DNA from: a bacterium
GTDB lineage: Bacteria > Patescibacteriota > Patescibacteriia > UBA9934
NCBI GenBank assembly: GCA_027592325.1
Contig: JAQCKO010000005.1
Span: forward strand, 202-64,201
Length of the DNA stretch: 64,000 nt
Direction of reading: 5' to 3'
Positions 19,120 through 29,735 of the stretch are shown here, in pieces (the first letter of the stretch is position 1; each line of letters starts with the position of its first letter). A model generated the notes under the pieces. It had not been told where the DNA came from. It searched no databases and saw only the letters and a list, made by a program, of their open reading frames with translations. The position numbers and the translations under genes are program-made.

Positions 19120-19953
19120 CTATTTCTTATTTCGGCGCTTCACAATAAAGCGATCCGTTATCTTATTTCTTCGTGTTTTGACACCAAGTGCCTTCTTACC
19201 AGTTGGCGTCTTTGGAGCTTTAAGACCAATTGGATTTGATCCTTCTCCACCTCCATGCGGGTGATCAACTGGGTTCATCGCCTTACCGCGAACGGTTGGA
19301 CGGATTCCACGATGACGTGTACGTCCCGCTTTCCCCCAACGAATAAGCCGCCAATCAGGATTTGAAACAGCACCAATTGTCGCCATACAATTCTTCTTTA
19401 CAAGACGAATTTCTCCTGATGGAAGCTTAAGTGTGGCCATATCACCTTCAACGGCCATAAGCACAGCACCGTTTCCAGCTCCTCGTGCCATTTGCGCACC
19501 CTTCCCTGCTTGTAGTTCAATATTGTAAACCGTCATTCCAGGTGGAATATGCTCAAGCTTGAATCGATTTCCAATATGAGGTTCCCCTTTTTTCTCAGAC
19601 GACACAATTGTCATGCCAACTTTGAGTGTTTGAGGAGCGAGAATGTAGCGCTTTTCTCCGTCCGCATACGTAAGGAGTGCGATACGCGCTCCACGATTTG
19701 GATCGTATTCAATTGTTTTCACGGTCGCAGGAATATCAAATTTATCGCGCTTGAAATCAATTTCACGAATGAAGCGTCTTGCTCCACCCCCTCGGTGACG
19801 TACGCGAATAACACCATCGTTTCCACGTCCTTTACGACGCACTGGCTTTGATACGAGGTTCTTTTCTGGCTTCTTTGACGTAATGTCATCGAATGTTTGC
19901 ACACTCGATTTACGACGTCCAGCCGTTGTTGGTTTATGTACGCGAATTCCCAT
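19120..19953 (-). CDS. rplB: 50S ribosomal protein L2
   Basis: [19 protein letters not shown]. Confidence 0.98.
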   Translation of the reverse strand: MGIRVHKPTTAGRRKSSVQTFDDITSKKPEKNLVSKPVRRKGRGNDGVIRVRHRGGGARRFIREIDFKRDKFDIPATVKTIEYDPNRGARIALLTYADGEKRYILAPQTLKVGMTIVSSEKKGEPHIGNRFKLEHIPPGMTVYNIELQAGKGAQMARGAGNGAVLMAVEGDMATLKLPSGEIRLVKKNCMATIGAVSNPDWRLIRWGKAGRTRHRGIRPTVRGKAMNPVDHPHGGGEGSNPIGLKAPKTPTGKKALGVKTRRNKITDRFIVKRRNKK

Positions 19954-19954
19954 A

Positions 19955-20338
19955 TTACACGCCTTCAAATACATCTACCGTCTTACCTTCTGGAAGGTAG
20001 ACGAGAGCTTTCTTATAATCACTGCGCTTTCCTGTCGTAAGCCCTATGCGTTTCTTTTTTCCGCGAACGCGAATAACATTCACTTTTTCGGGAAGAACAC
20101 CATACACCTCCTTAAAGGCTTGGCGCACAGCAATACGATTTGCATCCATCGCAACTTCGAAGACAATAACACCACTATCAGCTTGATGAGCTGTCTTTTC
20201 AGAAACGATTGGACGAACAAGCGTTCTAAGCGCCAATCGAGAGATACCTCGTTGTTTCTTTGAAACACTTACAGATGTTTTTGTTCCTTTCTTTTCAGCA
20301 GACTTTTTTGTCGCTGTTTTCTTTGCTTTCTCCGCCAT
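19955..20338 (-). CDS. rplW: 50S ribosomal protein L23 with basic N-terminal extension
   Basis: PIVSEK, KKALVYL; synteny. Confidence 0.95.
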   Translation of the reverse strand: MAEKAKKTATKKSAEKKGTKTSVSVSKKQRGISRLALRTLVRPIVSEKTAHQADSGVIVFEVAMDANRIAVRQAFKEVYGVLPEKVNVIRVRGKKKRIGLTTGKRSDYKKALVYLPEGKTVDVFEGV

Positions 20339-20340
20339 AC

Positions 20341-20973
20341 TTACTTGCTATAGGTCTTTTGCATGCGTTCAATCGCCGCTTCTGAAGCAATCACATATGT
20401 GAACTTCAATAGATCACGAACATTGAGGCTTTCTGCAGAAATTGCTTCTGTCTTTGGAAGATTTTCAACCGCACGCGCCGCTTCTCGTTCCTCTTTTGTA
20501 AGAACAATAAGCGCTGTCGCATTTGCTCCCGGAAGAGCAGCTCGCATTTTTGCCGCCTGCTTTGTTTTTGTGTCATCGAACCGCATTTCATCAACCGCGA
20601 TAAATACATCGTTGTTTACTTTATCGCTGAGTACCATCCGAAGGGCCTCTTTACGCATTTTCTTATTTACCTTCTTTCCAAACACGCGGTTAAGCGTTGG
20701 ACCGAATGTAATACCTCCCCCAACCCAAATTGGTGAGCGGCGTGAACCATGACGCGCACGTCCTGTCCCCTTTTGTTTCCATGGTTTTTTTCCACCTCCA
20801 CGTACCTCGCTACGATCCTTGGTGCTGCTTATAAGTGATCGGCCATTTGCTAATTGTGCAACAAACACTTCGTGCACAACATGCGGCTTCACCTCGCGAG
20901 CAAAAAGGTCGTCCGAAAGCGTTACGCTACCGGTTTCTTTTCCTTCTAGGTTGTATCGCTTTACTTCTGCCAT
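20341..20973 (-). CDS. rplD: 50S ribosomal protein L4
   Basis: GGGKKPWKQKGTGRARHGS. Confidence 0.98.
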   Translation of the reverse strand: MAEVKRYNLEGKETGSVTLSDDLFAREVKPHVVHEVFVAQLANGRSLISSTKDRSEVRGGGKKPWKQKGTGRARHGSRRSPIWVGGGITFGPTLNRVFGKKVNKKMRKEALRMVLSDKVNNDVFIAVDEMRFDDTKTKQAAKMRAALPGANATALIVLTKEEREAARAVENLPKTEAISAESLNVRDLLKFTYVIASEAAIERMQKTYSK

Positions 20974-21581
20974 ACATTTCCGTCAGAGCTGAGAATGCTT
21001 ACAATACTTCCACGAGCTCCAGGAATAGCTCCTTTAATCGCTACCGTATTGTTTTCTTTATTAACCTCAACAATTTCGAGATTTTGAACCGTCACTTGAT
21101 TCCCTCCCATACGACCTGCCATGCGTACACCTTTAAATACACGCTGTGGGCCTCCTGCACCAATAGAACCTGGCATACGTAGCTGGTCTTTGTGACCGTG
21201 TGACGCTGGACTTCCTGAGAACTTGTGGCGCTTTACCACACCTTGAAATCCTTTTCCTTTCGAGGTTCCAACAACAGTTACAACGTCGCCAGATGTAAAG
21301 ACATCAGCAGCGAATACCGCCCCTTCAGAAGGAACGTCACCGTCAATAGGAAACTCACGCGTAAGCTCGAAAGATCCAAGCTCTTTCCATTCCCCCTTCT
21401 GTGCTTTCTTAATTTTTTTCTTCTCACCAAATCCAAGCACAATCGCTGTTTTACCAGCTGGATTTGTTTTGACAGCGGTTACGGTACATGGACCTGCGTC
21501 AACAAGTGTCACAGGCACAACCGTTCCGTCATCTTTGAAGATTTGCGTCATTTCGCGTTTTTTTCCAAGAAGGATTTTCAT
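20961..21581 (-). CDS. rplC: 50S ribosomal protein L3
   Basis: SKGKGFQGVVKRH, MAGRMG. Confidence 0.98.
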   Translation of the reverse strand: MKILLGKKREMTQIFKDDGTVVPVTLVDAGPCTVTAVKTNPAGKTAIVLGFGEKKKIKKAQKGEWKELGSFELTREFPIDGDVPSEGAVFAADVFTSGDVVTVVGTSKGKGFQGVVKRHKFSGSPASHGHKDQLRMPGSIGAGGPQRVFKGVRMAGRMGGNQVTVQNLEIVEVNKENNTVAIKGAIPGARGSIVSILSSDGNVWQK

Positions 21582-21866
21582 ATTTATTGAATAGTGGAAA
21601 ATCACCTAACTTTTGCATCACAAAAGCTAGAAGTCACTTCTCAACGTCGTTAAGAAAAGGCTTCTAGCCCTAAAAACAAGCTCATTTGTCTTTTAGGTGG
21701 TGTGGTTTTTAATGATTCCTTTCTTTTGCGCCTTGATGCTATCTGAGGAAGGTTTTCACGAGGATCTTTCTTCCTTGTAGTCAGGGTGCGTTTGGGCACT
21801 TCTCGGCCTCTGCGAAGGGCTTATCCCTCGCACTGGCCGAGAAGCCAGTGTTACGCAAATGCGTAA
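21582..21866 (-). promoter_or_regulatory. long structured rpsJ-rplC spacer (candidate r-protein leader)
   Basis: Stems 21799-21808/21835-21844 and 21626-21635/21659-21668. Confidence 0.45.
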
Positions 21867-22202
21867 TTACATTTTGATTTCAACATCCACGCCAGACGGG
21901 AGGTTGAGGGTCATGAGAGCATCGATAGTACTCTCCCCAGGATTCACAATGTCAATAAGACGCTTGTGAACGCGTACTTCGTATTGATCACGCGCTTTTT
22001 TGTAGACGAATGTTGAACGGTTTACCGTGTATCGGCGTTTTTCGGTAGGAAGCGGTACTGGACCGTGAACGGTCGCTCCACTTCTTTCCGCCGTTTTAAT
22101 AATCGTCTTGGTCGCCGTATCGATAATACGGTGATCATATGAGCGGATCTTAATACGAATACGCTGCTTTGCCTCCTCTTTATTGTTGTCTTGCGTGGTC
22201 AT
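21867..22202 (-). CDS. rpsJ: 30S ribosomal protein S10
   Basis: [26 protein letters not shown]. Confidence 0.98.
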   Translation of the reverse strand: MTTQDNNKEEAKQRIRIKIRSYDHRIIDTATKTIIKTAERSGATVHGPVPLPTEKRRYTVNRSTFVYKKARDQYEVRVHKRLIDIVNPGESTIDALMTLNLPSGVDVEIKM

Positions 22203-22228
22203 ATCGTAAAGAACAAATTACGTGAATG

Positions 22229-23407
22229 TTATTCAACAATCTTCGTTACAACTCCTGCACCAACAGTTCGTCCACCTTCACGAATAGCGAAACGCATCTG
22301 CTCTTCCATCGCTACTGGAACGATAAGGTTGATTGTTGCGTTTACGGTGTCGCCAGGCATAACCATCTCTGTTCCCTCAGGAAGAGCGGTTACTTCACCT
22401 GTTACATCTGTTGTTCGGATGAAGAATTGCGGTTTGTATCCCTTGAAGAATGGCTTGTGACGCCCACCTTCTTCTTTGGTAAGTGCATAAAGCTCAGCTT
22501 CAAACTTTGTATGCGGAGTTACTGTTCCTGTCTTTGCAAGAACCATTCCACGCTCTACATCTTCTTTCTTGATTCCACGAAGAAGAAGTCCAGCATTGTC
22601 TCCTGCCATACCTTTATCGAGCTGCTTGTTGAACATCTCGATTCCTGTAACAACAGTCTTCGTTGTGTCGCGAAGTCCAACCATTTCGATTTCATCGTTT
22701 AGGTTGATCATTCCACGCTCGATACGACCGGTTACAACCGTTCCACGGCCTTCAATTGAGAAAACATCCTCAATCGGCATAAGGAAATCCTTATCAGTAT
22801 CACGCTCTGGCGTAGGAATGTATTCATCGAGTGCTTTGAGAAGCTCAGCGATGTGACCCTGGTGAGTCGCATCTCCTTCAAGTGCCTTAAGCGCTGATCC
22901 ACGAATAATTGGTGTTTCTGCACCCGGATATTCGTACTGATTAAGAAGGTCTCGTACTTCCTCTTCCACAAGATCAACAAGCTCAGCGTCATCAACCATG
23001 TCGACTTTATTGAGGAAAACAACAATCTTAGGCACTCCAACTTGGCGTGCTAGAAGAATGTGTTCACGTGTCTGAGGCATAGGACCATCAGCCGCTGATA
23101 CCACAAGAATAGCGCCATCCATTTGCGCAGCACCTGTAATCATGTTCTTTACATAGTCCGCGTGACCTGGACAGTCAACGTGTGCATAGTGGCGTGCTTC
23201 ACTTTCATATTCAACGTGTGAAGTAGAGATGGTGATTCCACGCTCTCGCTCCTCAGGAGCTTTGTCGATTTGGTCGAATGCCTTCTTTTGTCCTCCTGGA
23301 GAGAACTGTAAAGAGAGTGTCGCCGTAAGCGTCGTCTTTCCGTGGTCAACGTGACCAATGGTTCCAACGTTAACGTGTGGCTTTGACCGGTCAAAATGTT
23401 CTGCCAT
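22229..23407 (-). CDS. tuf: elongation factor Tu
   Basis: [37 protein letters not shown]. Confidence 0.99.
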   Translation of the reverse strand: MAEHFDRSKPHVNVGTIGHVDHGKTTLTATLSLQFSPGGQKKAFDQIDKAPEERERGITISTSHVEYESEARHYAHVDCPGHADYVKNMITGAAQMDGAILVVSAADGPMPQTREHILLARQVGVPKIVVFLNKVDMVDDAELVDLVEEEVRDLLNQYEYPGAETPIIRGSALKALEGDATHQGHIAELLKALDEYIPTPERDTDKDFLMPIEDVFSIEGRGTVVTGRIERGMINLNDEIEMVGLRDTTKTVVTGIEMFNKQLDKGMAGDNAGLLLRGIKKEDVERGMVLAKTGTVTPHTKFEAELYALTKEEGGRHKPFFKGYKPQFFIRTTDVTGEVTALPEGTEMVMPGDTVNATINLIVPVAMEEQMRFAIREGGRTVGAGVVTKIVE

Positions 23408-23450
23408 AACGAAGTTAACTTCTAGGAAATTCCTTAAATTAAGTGCGGCG

Positions 23451-23479
23451 ATTGTAACAAAATCCTTAAAATAATGCAA
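23451..23479 (-). promoter_or_regulatory. sigma70 promoter of tuf
   Basis: TTGCAT-17 nt-TACAAT. Confidence 0.6.
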
Positions 23480-23563
23480 GTGCAACGTAGTAAAATTTTG
23501 TCAAGCTGATGCTTTAAAGCGTTTTTTGGCTAAAGCAAGAGAAAATCCCTAGTTTTCCAGGGA

Positions 23564-23983
23564 TTATTCTAGGCTTTCAAGATAGAAGCGTTCTTCGGCT
23601 TCAAATGCGCCATCAGGCTCCTCTTCACGTCCGGGAATTGGCTCATACGCCCGATCACCCGTCGTTGTCTGCGTCTTTTCGATAGGGATTCGTGTCTCAG
23701 TTTTGGCAACAGGAAGGCCAACTGGGGCTTCCTGCATAACCGACCCCGGTGCTTCCGATGATGCAGTAAGCGCTTCTTGTCTGGGCTCGTGCTTTTGCTC
23801 AGGTGGCGGTTGCAGTGCTGGAGAAGACGCAGCGTCCGCGACAGGCTGCCCGCCAGAGCGAAGCGATGCATACGTCTCAAACGGAACAATGACCACCGGA
23901 TGCTCGGCTGTTTCATTCGTCACAATCACAGTCTCACCCGTTTTCTGTGCAAGTCGCAAAATACGCGCAAATTGGTCGTTCAT
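23564..23983 (-). CDS. hypothetical protein (folded N-terminus, Pro/Glu-rich linker, EERFYLESLE tail)
   Basis: Open frame with T-ATG start; protein-like composition. Confidence 0.75.
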   Translation of the reverse strand: MNDQFARILRLAQKTGETVIVTNETAEHPVVIVPFETYASLRSGGQPVADAASSPALQPPPEQKHEPRQEALTASSEAPGSVMQEAPVGLPVAKTETRIPIEKTQTTTGDRAYEPIPGREEEPDGAFEAEERFYLESLE

Positions 23984-24159
23984 ATGTGGTGGTAAAAGGA
24001 TGTAGAGGTCGTAAAGGCGCAGAAGTTTTAATAGTTATAAAGGCTTCTACGCCATTATGCGCATCTTAGAGAAAAAGGTGAAAAGGGGCAAGCGGGGGTG
24101 CTCGAGATGTTGAAAAACGAAGGATCGGCCTTCGGCCTCGTTGGAAGCGTTGGTTCCTC

Positions 24160-24254
24160 GTCACCCCTGCGCAGGCAGGGGTCCAGCGTATACCGATTGC
24201 ACTTCGATGGATTCCTGCTCCCTGCTGCGCAGGGACAGGCTTCGCAGGAATGAC
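24160..24254. repeat. REP-like GTCA...GAATGAC palindrome pair
   Basis: GTCACCCCTGCGCAGGCAGGGGTCCA and TGGATTCCTGC...GCAGGAATGAC; same layout at 59972-60071. Confidence 0.75.
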
Positions 24255-24409
24255 GAATAATTACTGCATCCAACGGCTCTGCAGCCTCATACACGTTCAC
24301 CTCGAGCGAGTGAGCGCAGCGAACACAACGTCTTCAACGAGCAAGGAAAAGCCGATCTATCCAAAGAGAAATCCCCCGCTACCAGGTGGCATTGGGGGAT
24401 TACGAGAGC

Positions 24410-24877
24410 CTAGTTCCCCCTTCGCTTCGCGCGTACTCGAGCAATGAGCCCATTATCGCCGAAGAGCGCATGACTGGCGGAAGAGGGCGTTATGATCAAG
24501 CCTCCCGTGCGAACGACGAATTTCTGTCGAAAAACTCGCGCATGGAGGCCTGCTGGAATAGGATCCTGGCACAGGAGAGCCACGAGCGGGGCATAGTCGA
24601 TCTCCTCTTCGATGGCAGTCAGCATTTCTGCCCAGCACCACGTTACTGACGTATCCTTTCCCGTCCAAGGCAACAGGATGAGAATGTCCGGCCTCACACA
24701 CGCAACTTGCTCTGCCACCTCTTCTGGAAAGCGAGCTATGCACGGTCTTCTCATATCGGTATAGACCATTGATTCTTCCGTACTGCCCAACGGAAACCAC
24801 GCATCGAGCGCCCGCCTTCCCGCATCCGCTTGCGCACTCCCCGCTCCAAGAATGTATTGAACCGTCACATGGCGCAT
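24410..24877 (-). CDS. hypothetical protein with a TIR-like motif
   Basis: SD AAGGAGAGG; promoter TTGACG-17-TAAGGT (24916-24944); hairpin 24369-24401; DILILL..SVTWCWAEMLTAIEE. Confidence 0.7.
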   Translation of the reverse strand: MRHVTVQYILGAGSAQADAGRRALDAWFPLGSTEESMVYTDMRRPCIARFPEEVAEQVACVRPDILILLPWTGKDTSVTWCWAEMLTAIEEEIDYAPLVALLCQDPIPAGLHARVFRQKFVVRTGGLIITPSSASHALFGDNGLIARVRAKRRGN

Positions 24878-25056
24878 TGCTTACCTCTCCTTTTTCAGAA
24901 TGAACGTTACAGGTAACCTTAGCGCATTTCACGCCTCGCGTCAACCTGACACAGAAATAAAACCTTTGAAGCCTTTACGACCTTTTACCGACTTTCCAAA
25001 CGAAAAACCCCAAGCTCCGCAGAGCCGGGGGTACGACGAGGGCGACTGGGTGGAGC

Positions 25057-25545
25057 TCAGTTGCCGGGCAGCTGATCACGAATCTCAGCGATATCCATGT
25101 CAAGATTCAGAGCGAAATCATCCAATACCCTCTTGATCTCACGGAGGAGCTTGGTCCCTATGCCCTTCGTTTTGCGGATCTCAGCCTCGCTCTTCTCCGC
25201 AATATGCCAGACGTAGACAAACCCTGCATCCGACAGAATATTCTGTAGACGCACGGAAATTTCCAACTTCCCGACTGACTGGCTGAGCGCCTCCACCTTC
25301 GTGAGTGCCCTTGGGTTGCTCGGCAAATTATCTGCAGTCTGAGTCTGCGGAGCCTTCTTTGGTTCATCAGGAACGGGAAGGAGCATCAACGGACCGATGG
25401 TACGGGCTCCTACTCGCGTCGGTCGAACCTTAACGGTGACCACGACCCCCAGAAGTTGCAGCAAAGCCTCGAAGTCTTGTGTGTTCTCAGCTCCCTCGGG
25501 CAGCTCGATAACCTTGTCGCCAAACTCAATCTTGTACGTAGCCAA
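25057..25545 (-). CDS. stand-alone RNA polymerase alpha C-terminal domain protein
   Basis: VGKLEISVRLQNILSDAGFVYVWHIAEKSEAEIRKTKGIGTKLLREIKRVL matches the alphaCTD HhH pattern; SD AGAGGTG, TTG start. Confidence 0.82.
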   Translation of the reverse strand: MATYKIEFGDKVIELPEGAENTQDFEALLQLLGVVVTVKVRPTRVGARTIGPLMLLPVPDEPKKAPQTQTADNLPSNPRALTKVEALSQSVGKLEISVRLQNILSDAGFVYVWHIAEKSEAEIRKTKGIGTKLLREIKRVLDDFALNLDMDIAEIRDQLPGN

Positions 25546-25601
25546 TGAACACCTCTTTTTGCAGCTTATGCTGCGCTTGAGTAATTGTCTTTCGACGAAC
25601 T

Positions 25602-25630
25602 ATCATACGAATTAAACAATGATTTGTCAA
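25602..25630 (-). promoter_or_regulatory. sigma70 promoter of the alphaCTD-like gene
   Basis: TTGACA-17 nt-TATGAT. Confidence 0.75.
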
Positions 25631-25717
25631 CAAAAAAAGCAGGCCCGAAGGCCCACTCTTTTATTTGGCACATGCCATGCGCCGCTACTCGCTACTTTCT
25701 AATAGCTACTAGCTAAT

Positions 25718-27817
25718 TTACCCATTCCGCTTCTCCTTTATCTCTTTTGCCACATTATTTGGCACTTCTTGGTATTCATGGAATTCCATTGAATAGCTCG
25801 CACGTCCTTGCGTCATGCTGCGGAGCGATGTTGCGTATCCGAACATTTCAGAGAGAGGAACAATCGCGCGTACAATCTTAATATTTCCACGATCACTCAT
25901 TTCCTGAATTTGTCCGCGTTTTCCATTGAGGTCACCTACAACGGTTCCCATCGATTCTTCCGGCGTCACAACCTCAACTTTCATGGTTGGCTCAAGAAGT
26001 ACCGGACTTGCATTACGAAGAGCTTCTGCAAGCGCCATTGAACCTGCCATCTTGAAGGCTGCTTCATTTGAGTCCACTTCATGGTATGAACCATCGTAAA
26101 GACGTGCCCTTACATTAATGACCGGATATCCAGCAATAACCCCACGATCCATCGCTTCACGCATTCCCTTTTCAATCGCCGGAATATATTCCTTCGGAAT
26201 AGAACCTCCTTTAATTTCATCAACGAATTCAAATGTCTGTGCATCTTCATCCGCGCCTTCCACTGGAGCGAGCGGCTCAATACGGACCTTTGCGTGACCA
26301 TATTGTCCGCGTCCTCCAGACTGCTTAACGTACTTTCCTTCTGCTTCCGCGCTGCTCTTAATCGTTTCACGATAACTCACTTGCGGCTTTCCAACATTCA
26401 CTTCTACGCCGAATTCACGCTTCATACGGTCGATAATAATATCGAGGTGAAGCTCTCCCATTCCAGATACGATTGTCTGATTGGTTTCTTCATCGGTTCG
26501 CACACGGAAGGTTGGGTCTTCTTCTGCAAGCTTTGAAAGCGCGATTGAAAGCTTTTCTTGATCTGCTTTTGTTAGCGGTTCAAGCGCTTGCGAGATAACT
26601 GGTTCTGGGAAGGTAATTGACTCAAGCACGATTGGCTTTGCAGGGTCACAAAGTGTGTTTCCAGTCGTCGTATTTTTTAGTCCCACAGCTGCCGCAATTT
26701 CTCCGGCAAACACTTCGTTTACATCTTCACGTGAATTTGCATGAAGCCGCACAATACGTGAAACACGTTCCTTTTCTCCTGTTGACGCATTGAGTACATA
26801 TGTTCCTGCCTTCAGCATTCCTGAATACACACGGAAGAACGCAAGTTTTCCAACGAATGGGTCTGTTGCGATTTTGAACGCAAGCGCCGAAAACGGCTCT
26901 TCATCTGCTGCTTCTCGCTTTTGTACATTTGTCTCGTCGTCTGGGTGAAACCCTTCAACCGCTGGAATGTCAAGTGGTGATGGAAGATAGTCCACAACGG
27001 CATCGATCATCATTTGCACACCTTTATTTTTCAGTGCCGATCCACAAAGCACTGGAACGATATCTAGACGGATCGTTGCCGCGCGAAGGACACGCTTTAA
27101 ATCTTCTATCGCAATCTCTTCTCCGGCAAGATACTTCTCCATGAGCGATTCATCATTTTCCGCAATCGCTTCTACAAGTTTTGCACGCCATGTTTCTGCT
27201 TGCTCCTTGTACTCATCTGGAATATCGATTTCATCAACTTGACGTCCTTCTTCATCTCGGTACATGAAGGCCTTCATCTTCAAAAGATCGATAATCCCCT
27301 CAAACGCATCTTCTTTTCCGATCGGAAGCTGAATTGGATAGGCCTTCTTGGTAAGACGCGCGTGAATTGAATCAAGGTCTTTGAAGAAATCTGCCCCAGT
27401 TCGGTCTAGTTTATTGATATAACAAATACGCGGTACTTTGTACTTATCAGCTTGGTGCCAAACAGTTTCAGACTGCGGCTCTACACCTGCTACACCGTCG
27501 AATACGGTTACTCCGCCATCGAGTACGCGAAGTGAACGCTCTACCTCTACCGTAAAGTCTACGTGACCAGGTGTATCGATGATATTAATTCGGTGATCCT
27601 TCCAGAAACAGGTGGTTGCTGCAGCAGTAATGGTAATTCCGCGCTCACGTTCTTGCTCCATCCAGTCCATTTCCGCTTCCCCTTCATGAACCTCACCAAT
27701 GCGATGCTTTTTACCAGTGTAAAAGAGAACACGCTCGGTTGTGGTTGTTTTACCGGCATCAATATGGGCGATAATTCCGATATTACGTGTTCGCTCAAGG
27801 GGATATTGTCGGGGCAT
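25718..27817 (-). CDS. fusA: elongation factor G
   Basis: [28 protein letters not shown]. Confidence 0.99.
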   Translation of the reverse strand: MPRQYPLERTRNIGIIAHIDAGKTTTTERVLFYTGKKHRIGEVHEGEAEMDWMEQERERGITITAAATTCFWKDHRINIIDTPGHVDFTVEVERSLRVLDGGVTVFDGVAGVEPQSETVWHQADKYKVPRICYINKLDRTGADFFKDLDSIHARLTKKAYPIQLPIGKEDAFEGIIDLLKMKAFMYRDEEGRQVDEIDIPDEYKEQAETWRAKLVEAIAENDESLMEKYLAGEEIAIEDLKRVLRAATIRLDIVPVLCGSALKNKGVQMMIDAVVDYLPSPLDIPAVEGFHPDDETNVQKREAADEEPFSALAFKIATDPFVGKLAFFRVYSGMLKAGTYVLNASTGEKERVSRIVRLHANSREDVNEVFAGEIAAAVGLKNTTTGNTLCDPAKPIVLESITFPEPVISQALEPLTKADQEKLSIALSKLAEEDPTFRVRTDEETNQTIVSGMGELHLDIIIDRMKREFGVEVNVGKPQVSYRETIKSSAEAEGKYVKQSGGRGQYGHAKVRIEPLAPVEGADEDAQTFEFVDEIKGGSIPKEYIPAIEKGMREAMDRGVIAGYPVINVRARLYDGSYHEVDSNEAAFKMAGSMALAEALRNASPVLLEPTMKVEVVTPEESMGTVVGDLNGKRGQIQEMSDRGNIKIVRAIVPLSEMFGYATSLRSMTQGRASYSMEFHEYQEVPNNVAKEIKEKRNG

Positions 27818-27900
27818 AACGTGTGATTAGTGAAAAGTGTTTAGGGAAATTGATCTGATTATAGTCGATTTTCAGAAGCGAGAAAAACGCCAAAAGGCGT

Positions 27901-28371
27901 TTATCGTCGCGCAAAGTGCGCGAATGCGCGGTTTGCTTCCGCCATACGCTGCACGTCTTGTTTTTTCTTGATCGTTGGTCCTTCGTTCTCAGCCATCGCC
28001 ATGAGTTCGTTCGCAAGACGTATAGCCATTGGCTTTCCTTTTGCCTTACGCGCCGCTTCAAGCATCCACCGATAAACAAGGGCATAGCGTCGGTCTCCAC
28101 GTACAGGGATTGGCACTTGATAGTTTGCTCCACCAACACGACGAGACTTTACCTCAACGCTCGGCGCGCCGTTTTTGATTGCGAGATTAAAGATATCCAT
28201 TGCAGGTTTCTTTGTCTTGTCTTCCATGTACACAAAAGCATCGTATACAACACGTTCTGCAACAGATTTTTTTCCATCCATCATGACGTAATTAATCAGC
28301 TTCGTCACGAATGGACTTCCGTATTTTCGATCAGGCGCGAGTTCGCGCTTTGGGGCTTGTTTTCCACGCAT
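27901..28371 (-). CDS. rpsG: 30S ribosomal protein S7
   Basis: SRRVGGANYQVP, MAEANRAFAHF. Confidence 0.98.
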   Translation of the reverse strand: MRGKQAPKRELAPDRKYGSPFVTKLINYVMMDGKKSVAERVVYDAFVYMEDKTKKPAMDIFNLAIKNGAPSVEVKSRRVGGANYQVPIPVRGDRRYALVYRWMLEAARKAKGKPMAIRLANELMAMAENEGPTIKKKQDVQRMAEANRAFAHFARR

Positions 28372-28386
28372 AGTCTTATAGATAAT

Positions 28387-28429
28387 ATGTCTGGAATCTT
28401 CCCGCCGTAGTATGCGGTACTCCAGACGT
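28387..28429 (-). promoter_or_regulatory. hairpin in the rpsL-rpsG spacer (possible S7 autoregulatory site)
   Basis: ATGTCTGGA/TCCAGACGT stem enclosing a CCGC/GCGG hairpin; position analogous to the E. coli str operon site. Confidence 0.45.
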
Positions 28430-28430
28430 T

Positions 28431-28501
28431 AATAGAGCTGTTAGCTGATAGCATTTAGTCGTTAGCCGAGGCTAATAGCTAATTGCTAACCGCTAATAGC
28501 T
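28431..28501. repeat. inverted tandem heptamer tract (TTAGCnn / GCTAAnn)
   Basis: GTTAGCT GATAGCA TTTAGTC GTTAGCC followed by GCTAATA GCTAATT GCTAACC GCTAATA. Confidence 0.75.
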
Positions 28502-28505
28502 TTCG

Positions 28506-28925
28506 TTACTTTTTAGGCTTCTTTGTTCCGTACTTAGAACGACTCTGGTTGCGACCATCTACACCAGCGGTGTCATAGCGACCACGAACAACGTGATAAC
28601 GCACACCAGGAAGATCTTTTACACGTCCACCGCGAATTTGCACGATAGAGTGTTCCTGAAGATTATGTCCTTCCCCAGGGATATACGCATTCACTTCCAT
28701 TCCATTTGAAAGGCGAACACGCGCTACTTTTCGCAGCGCCGAGTTTGGCTTTTTTGGTGTCATGGTGAATACACGCGTACAGACACCGCGCTTAAACGGT
28801 GCGCCACGACGAAGTTCGGTCTTGCGACGATGAAGTGTGTCCATCGTGAATTGCATCGCTGGAGACTTCGATTTTTTTGATTTAGATGACCGTCCTTTTC
28901 GGACGAGCTGATTCATTGTTGGCAT
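28506..28925 (-). CDS. rpsL: 30S ribosomal protein S12
   Basis: [22 protein letters not shown]. Confidence 0.99.
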   Translation of the reverse strand: MPTMNQLVRKGRSSKSKKSKSPAMQFTMDTLHRRKTELRRGAPFKRGVCTRVFTMTPKKPNSALRKVARVRLSNGMEVNAYIPGEGHNLQEHSIVQIRGGRVKDLPGVRYHVVRGRYDTAGVDGRNQSRSKYGTKKPKK

Positions 28926-29321
28926 AAAGATGGCCGAAAATTATCATAAACAAGATTTTTGGTCAAGGGGATTTGGTTGCTAGAGGTGGGAGGTTTGAGG
29001 TTGGAGGTTTGGGGTATGAAGAATATGGTTACAAGCACGAAAAACGCATCCTTCCGGGCTTGACCCAGAATCCATCGTTTTTCACTCGTTTGAATAGATC
29101 TTCCGCTATGCTCCCGCCTTCGCTCTTTGAGCTTCGGACGGGCAAGCTAGAATGCAAATTCCCTGACGAATGTGAGGGATCTACTCGAAATACCCGCACG
29201 TCAGTCGATGACCGCACCCTCCCCTTAGCCCCCGTCCGTCCAACGAAGGACGTCGCGGGGGATTGTCATTAATGACCAATTAAATACCAAGCTTCATTCC
29301 GCTTTTCACAAAGGAGGCTCT

Positions 29322-29483
29322 ATGCCTGTTCTTGATCCAGGAATTGGCACTTTCTTGTCGGTTGCCGCGCTGATGCTCATCGACATCCCGATTCTGATTC
29401 TCATCGACTTTCGTGATTTACAAACACAGAGAAGAACTGAACGCATCTCTCCCCTCGCCATTGTGCGAGGGAGCCATATTTGA
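29322..29483 (+). CDS. 53-aa hydrophobic small protein (not in the ORF track)
   Basis: AAAGGAGG SD, ATG at 29322; MPVLDPGIGTFLSVAALMLIDIPILILIDFRDLQTQRRTERISPLAIVRGSHI. Confidence 0.55.
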   Translation: MPVLDPGIGTFLSVAALMLIDIPILILIDFRDLQTQRRTERISPLAIVRGSHI

Positions 29484-29497
29484 TATACTCCTCTTAT

Positions 29498-29677
29498 ATG
29501 AATAAACAAATCTTTACCTCACTTGGTGTACTCGCCCTAATTGTTGCCGGCCTTATGTGGATTGTCGGTGGAAATAATCCAAATCTTTCAGAACTCGCCG
29601 ATCTGTGGTGGCTCCCAATTCCACTTGGAGTTATTCTTATTCTCATTGGAATGAAGAAGGATAAGGGGGAAAAGTAA
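29498..29677 (+). CDS. small two-TM membrane protein
   Basis: MNKQIFTSLGVLALIVAGLMWIVG...WWLPIPLGVILILIGMKK. Confidence 0.75.
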   Translation: MNKQIFTSLGVLALIVAGLMWIVGGNNPNLSELADLWWLPIPLGVILILIGMKKDKGEK

Positions 29678-29735
29678 AGGTAGACAGTGCAATAACAAAA
29701 CAGACCGACGGTCTGTTTTGTTATTGCAAGCGGCT

